The notes beneath the pieces are model-generated. The model did not search any database, had not been told where the DNA came from, and worked only from the letters and a program-made list of their open reading frames with translations. Source: Microthrixaceae bacterium (GTDB lineage Bacteria; Actinomycetota; Actinomycetes; Actinomycetales; Microbacteriaceae). From it: 55,351 nt of DNA. A program made the translations under genes and the position numbers. The stretch spans positions 1-55,351 of the forward strand of contig JAGQTK010000001.1 in NCBI GenBank assembly GCA_020439065.1. The letters are read 5' to 3'. Positions 48,665 to 55,351 of the stretch are shown here, one piece after another (position 1 is the stretch's first letter; every line of letters begins with the position of its first letter).

Positions 48665-50356
48665 TCACACACTTTCCTTGAGGGGTTCGCTCACGAGGAG
48701 CGCCGCCGCACGGTCGCCGAGCGCCGCGCGCAGGGTCAGGATGCCGCCGGAGAGCGTTGTCGCATCGAAACCGTGCTGTGCCAGCACGCGATACGCGATG
48801 TACGAACGCATCCCAGACGCGCACATGACGCTCGTGCGGCGCCCGGCCGCGGCATCCCGAACCTCGTCGAGGCGTTCGCGCAGCTCGGTGTGCGGAATGT
48901 TCAGTGCGCCGGGCAGGTGCCCGCTCGCGAACTCGGCGCGGCTGCGGGTATCGAGCACGAGCGTGTGCTCCAGCACCTCGTCGACATCCTGCGCGTACCA
49001 GAGCTTGATCGTGCCGGTGCGCACGTTCTCGCCCTCCATGCCCGCCAGGTTGATCGGATCCTTGGCCATGCCGTAGGGCGGCGAGTAGGCGAGGTCGAGG
49101 TCGATCAGCTCATCGATCGCCATGCCCGCACGCAGCGCCGTGGCGAGCACATCGATGCGCTTGTCGATGCCCTCGGGACCGACGGCCTGGGCGCCGAGGA
49201 GCGCGCCGTCGCCCTCGCGGAAGTGCACGATCAGGTGCATCTGCGCGGCGCCGGGGAAGTAGCCGGCGTGCTGATTCGGGTGCAGGTGCAGCGTGTGGTG
49301 GGCGATGCCCTCCGCCTGCAGCGTGGCCTTGTTGACGCCCGTCGAGGCGGCCGTCAGCTCGCCGACACGCACGATCGCGGTGCCGAGCGGGCGGGGGATG
49401 GGGCGCGCGAGCGCGGGCGTGAAGATGTCGTCTGCGATGAGGCGACCCGCGCGGTTGGCGGGGCCGGCGAGCGCGAACGGGCGGCGGATGCCGGTGACCG
49501 CGCACGTCGAGACGACGGCGTCACCGGCGGCCCACACCTGGGGTGCCGAGGTGCGGCCGTGGTCATCGACCACGATCGCGCCGCGCTCGAGGGCGATGCC
49601 GGCCGCGCCGAACACCTCGGTGTCGGGTCGCACGCCCACCGAGAGCACGATCAGATCGGCGTCGATGCGGGTGCCGTCGGCGAGCACGACGACGTCGTGG
49701 GCCGCGCCCGGCTCGATCGCCGAGGCGGCGACGCCGTCGTGCACGGCGATGCCGAGGCCGGTGAGCTCCTCGGTGATCAGGTGGGCCAGCTCCGGCTCGA
49801 ACGGGGGCAGCACGTGCGGGCTGAGCTCGACGACGGAGGTCTCGAGTCCCTGCAGGCGCAGGGCCTCGGCCGCCTCGATGCCGATGAAGCCGCCGCCGAG
49901 CACGACGGCGCGACGTGCACCCTCGGTGACGAGGCCGCGCAGGGCGATCGCGTCTTCGACGGTGCGGAGCGTGTGCACGCGCGGCGAGTCGATGCCGGGC
50001 AGGGGCGGGCGTACGGCGAGCGCGCCGGGGGAGAGGATGAGCGCGTCGTAGTGCAGCTGTTCGGTGCCGTGCTCGGTCGCCACGGTCAGGGTGCGAGATT
50101 CGGTATCGAGCGCGGTGAGGTCGTGGCGCACGCGCACGTCGAGGTTCAGGGCGGCCTTCAGCGAGGCCGGCGTCTGCACGAGCAGGCTCTGCTGATTCTC
50201 GATCTCGCCGCCGACGAAGTACGGCAGGCCGCAGTTGGCGAACGAGACGTGATTGCCGCGGTCGAGGACGATGATCTCGGCGTTCTCGTCGAGGCGGCGT
50301 GCGCGGGCTGCCGCGCTCATGCCACCGGCGACGCCGCCGACGATGACGAGCCTCAT
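48665..50356 (-). CDS. CoA-disulfide reductase-rhodanese fusion
   Basis: GGVAGG, SFANCGLPY, GGGFIG, YSPPY; rhodanese CASGMRS. Confidence 0.92.
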   Translation of the reverse strand: MRLVIVGGVAGGMSAAARARRLDENAEIIVLDRGNHVSFANCGLPYFVGGEIENQQSLLVQTPASLKAALNLDVRVRHDLTALDTESRTLTVATEHGTEQLHYDALILSPGALAVRPPLPGIDSPRVHTLRTVEDAIALRGLVTEGARRAVVLGGGFIGIEAAEALRLQGLETSVVELSPHVLPPFEPELAHLITEELTGLGIAVHDGVAASAIEPGAAHDVVVLADGTRIDADLIVLSVGVRPDTEVFGAAGIALERGAIVVDDHGRTSAPQVWAAGDAVVSTCAVTGIRRPFALAGPANRAGRLIADDIFTPALARPIPRPLGTAIVRVGELTAASTGVNKATLQAEGIAHHTLHLHPNQHAGYFPGAAQMHLIVHFREGDGALLGAQAVGPEGIDKRIDVLATALRAGMAIDELIDLDLAYSPPYGMAKDPINLAGMEGENVRTGTIKLWYAQDVDEVLEHTLVLDTRSRAEFASGHLPGALNIPHTELRERLDEVRDAAAGRRTSVMCASGMRSYIAYRVLAQHGFDATTLSGGILTLRAALGDRAAALLVSEPLKESV

Positions 50357-50769
50357 CGTGCGTCGCCCTCGGTCGCTGCCTCGGCGGCGCGCTCCTGCGC
50401 GTCGGTCGCGGCCTCCTGCTCGGCGATCGAGGCGCGGACCTCGTTCATGTCGAGCCCCTTCACGCCGTCGACGACGGCGGCCAGCTGGGTCGCGTTCAGC
50501 GCACCCGGCTGCGAGAAGATGAGGATGCCTTCGCGGAAGGCCATGAGCGTCGGGATCGACGTGATCTGGAAGCCCGCGGCGAGCTCACGCTGCGCCTCGG
50601 TGTCGATCTTGCCGAACACGACGTCGGGGTGCGTCTCGGACGCGGCTTCGAACACGGGGCCGAACTGGCGGCACGGGCCGCACCACTCTGCCCAGAAATC
50701 GAGCAGGACGACGTCGTTGCCGGTGATGGTCTCGTTGAGGGTTTCGAGGGTGATCTCTCGCGTAGTCAT
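50353..50769 (-). CDS. thioredoxin
   Basis: DFWAEWCGPC, SIPT. Confidence 0.93.
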   Translation of the reverse strand: MTTREITLETLNETITGNDVVLLDFWAEWCGPCRQFGPVFEAASETHPDVVFGKIDTEAQRELAAGFQITSIPTLMAFREGILIFSQPGALNATQLAAVVDGVKGLDMNEVRASIAEQEAATDAQERAAEAATEGDAR

Positions 50770-50778
50770 ACCGAGAGC

Positions 50779-50794
50779 ATACCCCAGGGGGTAT
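50779..50794. promoter_or_regulatory. CsoR/CstR-type operator
   Basis: ATACCCCAGGGGGTAT, a C/G-tract palindrome just upstream of the thioredoxin start. Confidence 0.8.
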
Positions 50795-50891
50795 CTGCGG
50801 AGCAAGAAAATGCCTGGTGTTCGCTGTGAGCGGTGCGCGGCGGCAGCGCCCCGGGCTGTGCCCGCTCGTCGCTCGAAGCTACCGTGGAGGC

Positions 50892-53057
50892 ATGCCAACA
50901 CACCCCTTCGCCTCGCTCGATGACTACATTGCACAGCCTCGCGTGGAGGGGGTGGCACTCTCGCCCGATGGTTCGCGAGCCGTGTTGACCATCGCGACGC
51001 TCCAGCGCGACGGCACCGGCTACGAGCGTGCGCTCTGGGTGGTCCCGGCCGACGGTGGCGGCACACCCGCGCGATTGACGCGCTCGGCCAAGGGCGAGAC
51101 GGGCGCCGCGTTCACGCCGGCCGGCGACGTGCTGTTCATCTCGGCCCGGCCCGACGCGGAGGCGAGCGACGACGGCGGCCAGGCGCAGCTGTGGCTGCTG
51201 CCGGTCGGCGGCGGCGAGGCGCGCGCGTTGACCGGCCTCGCCGGCGGCGTGGACGGCATCGCGGCGATCGCCGAGGAATCGGGCCTGATCGTGCTCGAAG
51301 CGAAGCTGTTGCCGGGCGCCGACACGCTCGAGGCAGAGGCCGCGCTTCGCGCACGCCGCGACAAGAAGAAGATCTCGGCGATTCTGCACGAGCACTCCCC
51401 GGTCCGCTTCTGGGACCACGACCTGGGGCCGGCCGAGCCGCACCTGCTCGCCCTCGAGTACGTCGGCCTCGTCGACGAGCTGCCGGCTCGCGCCGAGGCG
51501 GCGGATGCTCCGGATGCTCCTGGCACCGCGGACGCTCCCGGCGCCGCGGATGCCGCCGGCCCGGCGCAGCCCGCGCCCGGCGCGCCCGACGAGAAGGAGG
51601 TGCCCTACCCGGCGCACCTGCCGCGGCCGCGCGACCTCACGCCTCGGCCGGGCCGCTCGGCCGATACCGCGGGGGCGGCGCTCACGCCCGATGGCGGCAC
51701 GCTCATCGCGGCCATGCGGGTGCCCGAGGCGCGCGGGGGACGCTTCCGTCTCGTGTCGATCGACGTCGCCACCGGCGTACACACGACGATCCTCGATGAC
51801 CCGGCCGCGGACCTCGAGTCGCCCGTGATCAGCCACGACGGTGCCACCCTCGCGTACCTGCGCTTCGAGACCGGCTCGCCCGCGGGCCCGACGGATGTGG
51901 AGGTGTGGGCGAGCGCGCTCGATGGCACCGGCGCTCGCCGCCTCGTCGGCGGGTGGGATCACTGGGCCTCCAGCCTCGCGTTCGATGCCGACGACACGGC
52001 GCTCGTGGCGACCGCCGATTCGCGCGGCCGCGCGCCGATCTTCCGGCTGCCACTCGACGGCTCGGCCGCCGAGCAGCTCACGCACGACGACTTCGCGTAC
52101 ACCTCCGTGTCGGTCGACCGGGCCACCGGCGCGCTGCTCGCGCTGCGTTCGTCCTGGGTGGCCCCGCCGCACGCGGTGCGCATCGAGCGCGGTCCGGACG
52201 GCAGCACATCGGTCACCCCGCTCGCCAGTCCGGTCTCACTCCCGACCGTGCCGGGCACGATCACCGAGATCGAGACCGTCGCCGAGGACGGTGCCGCGGT
52301 GCGCGGCTGGCTGATGCTGCCCGAGGGCGCGTCCGAGGCGGCGCCGGCGCCCCTGCTGCTGTGGATCCACGGGGGTCCGCTGAACAGCTGGAACGCGTGG
52401 AGCTGGCGCTGGTCGCCGGCGCTGGCCGTGGCCCGCGGCTACGCCGTGCTGCTGCCCGACCCCGCCCTCTCCACCGGCTACGGCCTCGCGTTCATCGCCC
52501 GCGGCTGGAACAGCTGGGGTGGCAAGCCCTACAGCGATCTGATGCGCATCACCGACGCGACGATCGCCCGTGCCGACATCGACGAGATGCGAACCGCGGC
52601 GATGGGCGGCTCGTTCGGTGGGTACATGGCCAACTGGGTAGCCGGCAACACCGATCGCTTCCGGGCGATCGTCACGCACGCCAGTCTGTGGGCGCTCGAG
52701 CAGTTCGCCGGCACCACCGACAACTCGGAGTACTGGCAGCGCATCTTCACGCCCGAAGCGATGGCCGCGAACTCGCCGCATCAGCACGTGGCGCGGATCC
52801 GCACGCCGATGCTCGTGATCCACGGCGATCGCGACTACCGCGTGCCGATCGGCGAGAGCCTGCGGCTGTGGTCGGAGCTGGCCGAGCACCATGCTGCAGC
52901 CGATGGCACGAGCATCCACCGCTTCTTGTACTTCCCGGACGAGAACCATTGGGTGCTCAAGCCCCAGCACGCGGTGATCTGGTACCAGACCGTCTTCGCG
53001 TTTCTCGACCAGCACGTGCGCGGGGCGAAGTGGGAGCGCCCGCAGCTGCTCGGCTAG
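50892..53057 (+). CDS. S9-family peptidase
   Basis: IHGGP, GGSFGG, HGDRDYRVP, FPDENH. Confidence 0.92.
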   Translation: MPTHPFASLDDYIAQPRVEGVALSPDGSRAVLTIATLQRDGTGYERALWVVPADGGGTPARLTRSAKGETGAAFTPAGDVLFISARPDAEASDDGGQAQLWLLPVGGGEARALTGLAGGVDGIAAIAEESGLIVLEAKLLPGADTLEAEAALRARRDKKKISAILHEHSPVRFWDHDLGPAEPHLLALEYVGLVDELPARAEAADAPDAPGTADAPGAADAAGPAQPAPGAPDEKEVPYPAHLPRPRDLTPRPGRSADTAGAALTPDGGTLIAAMRVPEARGGRFRLVSIDVATGVHTTILDDPAADLESPVISHDGATLAYLRFETGSPAGPTDVEVWASALDGTGARRLVGGWDHWASSLAFDADDTALVATADSRGRAPIFRLPLDGSAAEQLTHDDFAYTSVSVDRATGALLALRSSWVAPPHAVRIERGPDGSTSVTPLASPVSLPTVPGTITEIETVAEDGAAVRGWLMLPEGASEAAPAPLLLWIHGGPLNSWNAWSWRWSPALAVARGYAVLLPDPALSTGYGLAFIARGWNSWGGKPYSDLMRITDATIARADIDEMRTAAMGGSFGGYMANWVAGNTDRFRAIVTHASLWALEQFAGTTDNSEYWQRIFTPEAMAANSPHQHVARIRTPMLVIHGDRDYRVPIGESLRLWSELAEHHAAADGTSIHRFLYFPDENHWVLKPQHAVIWYQTVFAFLDQHVRGAKWERPQLLG

Positions 53058-53078
53058 CGCGGCGAACCGGCGTGCGCG

Positions 53079-53306
53079 CTACAGCACCGCGCCGTCGTCG
53101 TCGGGCGGGCGGTTCCAGCGGCTGCGATTGCCCTCATAGGCGATCAGCCAGCCCAGCGAGACCGCCAGGGCGACCGTCATCATCACCCAGAACTGGTCGA
53201 TCAGGATCCCGATGATCACGCCCAGAATGACGATGGTGGCGATGCCGAGCCACAGCTTCCAGCGGGCGCGAACGTAGCTCTGCTGCGGGGGGCGGTGTGC
53301 GTGCAT
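53079..53306 (-). CDS. small membrane protein
   Basis: Two TM segments. Confidence 0.65.
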   Translation of the reverse strand: MHAHRPPQQSYVRARWKLWLGIATIVILGVIIGILIDQFWVMMTVALAVSLGWLIAYEGNRSRWNRPPDDDGAVL

Positions 53307-53315
53307 GGGCCAAGC

Positions 53316-53618
53316 CTACGACGCGGGGCGGTCATCGCGTGCCGCGGTGCCGCCGGACGTGCGCGGGGCGGTGTCGACGGCGTCGCCCGGATCGCGACGG
53401 GGCTCGCGCATGCGCAGCCCCTTTCGCCGCTGTGCGCGCACCATCGCGAACACCGCGACCCAGGCGATCGTGAGCGCGATCCCCCAGGTCAGGCCGATCA
53501 TGAGGTTGCCGCTGCTCGTGCCGAAGAACACGCCCACGAACGCGGCGACCGCGATCCCGGCCGACCAGACCCAGATCAGGATCGAGGACGCCCAGCGAAT
53601 GCCGCGATCTTCACTCAT
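53316..53618 (-). CDS. small membrane protein
   Basis: Two TM segments and a charged tail. Confidence 0.6.
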   Translation of the reverse strand: MSEDRGIRWASSILIWVWSAGIAVAAFVGVFFGTSSGNLMIGLTWGIALTIAWVAVFAMVRAQRRKGLRMREPRRDPGDAVDTAPRTSGGTAARDDRPAS

Positions 53619-53703
53619 GCCCTGAGCTTAGGCAGGGTGCGACGGGCCATGCGGCGGACGCGCCGCGGGACGGCGAGCCGTCGTCGGCGCGCGAGCCACC
53701 GCG

Positions 53704-54654
53704 TCAGCGGCCGCGGTGATCCTCGGGGTGCAGCCGCGGACCCCGACGCGGCTCCTGCGCGCCACTGAGCCCGATGAGCCGCACCACCCGCTGGCGCTGC
53801 CCGGCCCAGGGCTCCAGCAGCTCGCGCATCCCGTCGTCGTCGACCCGCGACCCGGTCAGCGCGTACCCGACCTGGTTGGCGAGATGAAAATCCGCGAAGC
53901 TCACGGCGTCGGCGTCGCCGAGCGCGCGGATGCGCGTCTCGGCCGAGGTCCAGACGCCGACGCCGTGCAGGCTCATCAGGACCCGGTCGCGCGCCGGCCC
54001 GTCGACAGCGGCGGCCGTGGCCTCCGCGAGTCGCTGCCCGACCCGTGCAGCCCGCACGACGGTGCGCGACTGCGGCGGCTCGACGCCGGCACGGTGCCAC
54101 GCCCAGGAGGCGATCGCGCCCCAGCCCGCGATGGGCGGCGGCGCGAACAGTGCACGCGGCGCGGGCCCGGGAGCCCGCGTGCCGAAGCGGGTCACGAGCA
54201 CGCGCCAGGCGCCGAAGGCCTGCAGGCCGGTGACCTTCTGCTCGATGATCGAGGCGACCAGGGCGTCGAAGACGAGGTCGGTGCGGGTGAGCCGAAGCCC
54301 CGGATTGCGGCGGTGCACCGCCGCGATGAGCGGGTGGTGGTGGGCCTCGAACGGCGCCGGGTCATCGAGCGCGCCGAGCAGCGCGGGCAGCTGCGCGATG
54401 GCCCATTCGGCGCCGGGCCCCCAGGCCGAGGCATCGATCGAACCGTCGCCTCTCGGGCTGGCCGCGAGCGTGGCGACGCCCCGGGGCGTGCGACTGGCAC
54501 GCCAGAACACCCCGCGATCGTGAAGGTGCGTCGGGTCGTTACGCCCGCGCCGGGTCTGGCCGACCGTGGTCCAGAAATCGAGTGGATGCTGCGGCCGGTA
54601 CACCGTGTCGATCCGCGCCGCGCGGGGCTCGGGCTCGGGCTCGGTGGCGCTCAT
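53704..54654 (-). CDS. HhH-GPD / 3-methyladenine DNA glycosylase II-family protein
   Basis: IIEQKVTG, LHGVGVWTSAE (HhH), ADFHL. Confidence 0.85.
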   Translation of the reverse strand: MSATEPEPEPRAARIDTVYRPQHPLDFWTTVGQTRRGRNDPTHLHDRGVFWRASRTPRGVATLAASPRGDGSIDASAWGPGAEWAIAQLPALLGALDDPAPFEAHHHPLIAAVHRRNPGLRLTRTDLVFDALVASIIEQKVTGLQAFGAWRVLVTRFGTRAPGPAPRALFAPPPIAGWGAIASWAWHRAGVEPPQSRTVVRAARVGQRLAEATAAAVDGPARDRVLMSLHGVGVWTSAETRIRALGDADAVSFADFHLANQVGYALTGSRVDDDGMRELLEPWAGQRQRVVRLIGLSGAQEPRRGPRLHPEDHRGR

Positions 54655-54789
54655 GGGATCACGCTAGCGGCCGCTCCTGACAGCGCGCCGGGGCGGGCGG
54701 GGCGCGTGTTCGGGCCGGGAACGCGTGCGCGCGGTGCGCCAGGCTGAGGCCGGCGCACCGCGCGCATGAACGAGGCGGGCGTGTTCGCG

Positions 54790-55351
54790 CTAGAAGCGGT
54801 CGGGCGAGGGAGTGCCGTGGCCGAAGCGGATGGAGACGTCGGCGTGGCGGTCGAAGCGGTAGCCGACGCCGCGCACGGTGCGCACGATGTCTTCGTAGCT
54901 GCCGAGCTTGGCGCGCAGGCGCCGCACGTGCACGTCGATCGTGCGCTCGTTCGGGATGTCGTCGCCGGTCGCGCCGTTCCACAGCGATGCGACGAGCTCG
55001 GCGCGCTCGATCGTGCGTCCCTCGCGCAGCACGAGGTATTGCAGGAGCTCGAATTCCTTGAAGGTCAGCGCGGCGGAGTCGCCGTCGAGCAGCAGGCGCT
55101 TGCGCGAGATGTCGACGATGACGCCCTCGGGGGCGCGATCCTCGGGCTCGGGTTCGGCCTTGGTGCGGGCGATGGCGGTGGGCTCGTGCAGGGCCAGGCG
55201 CACGACATCGACGTTGCGGCCGCCGGCACCGATGGGGGCGAGGGCCACGGTCGCGTAGGTCTCGGCCTGCGGGGCCAGATCGGCGAGGGTGCGACGCAGC
55301 GCGTCGACCAGGAGCCCGAGGTTGACACCGTCAGCCTGCGCGCGCTGCTCG
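54790..55351 (-). CDS. OmpR-type winged-helix regulator (5' end outside window)
   Basis: LTFKEFELL, RTIDVHVRRLRAKL, TVRGVGYRF. Confidence 0.88.
   Translation of the reverse strand, partial: EQRAQADGVNLGLLVDALRRTLADLAPQAETYATVALAPIGAGGRNVDVVRLALHEPTAIARTKAEPEPEDRAPEGVIVDISRKRLLLDGDSAALTFKEFELLQYLVLREGRTIERAELVASLWNGATGDDIPNERTIDVHVRRLRAKLGSYEDIVRTVRGVGYRFDRHADVSIRFGHGTPSPDRF

Noticed and set aside
51496-51590. Degenerate repeats encoding ADAPDAPGTADAPGAADAAG in the S9 peptidase
   Set aside because: In-frame low-complexity linker; no evidence of a separate element.
30122-55351. GGATGC/GCATCC seems frequent in host DNA
   Set aside because: Impression only; it needs a k-mer count against a codon-aware background, which I could not run.

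Overview
High-GC actinobacterial chromosomal DNA (gene content suggests Microbacterium/Microbacteriaceae; inference). Ordinary host genes occupy 1-4.2 kb and about 30-55 kb. The main feature is a ~23-kb Tn7-like transposon at 4418-27384. It has TGT...ACA ends, arrays of TnsB-type sites and a perfect 5-bp target duplication (CTTGT at 4413-4417 and 27385-27389). It encodes TnsA, TnsB, TnsC and two tandem paralogous TniQ-like proteins; I saw no cas genes or CRISPR array. It is inserted just upstream of a putative ~100-nt structured RNA whose promoter region contains a 9-bp inverted repeat. The element looks like a composite of stacked insertions. An internal end copy lies at 17251-17351, followed by a relic end and a 55-bp tnsB fragment, and another transposon end starts at 27390, directly after the right duplication. 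This points to a repeatedly used, site-specific target. Cargo includes an XRE regulator split by IS256, a LexA-like wHTH protein, an IS3 with an associated deletion, a truncated PIN/GNAT/ASCH-like gene plus an ASCH gene, a Zn-finger/HEPN-like gene, and a xanthine-dehydrogenase-family operon bracketed by two HXXEE membrane proteins. All calls come from reading motifs by eye; no database searches were run.
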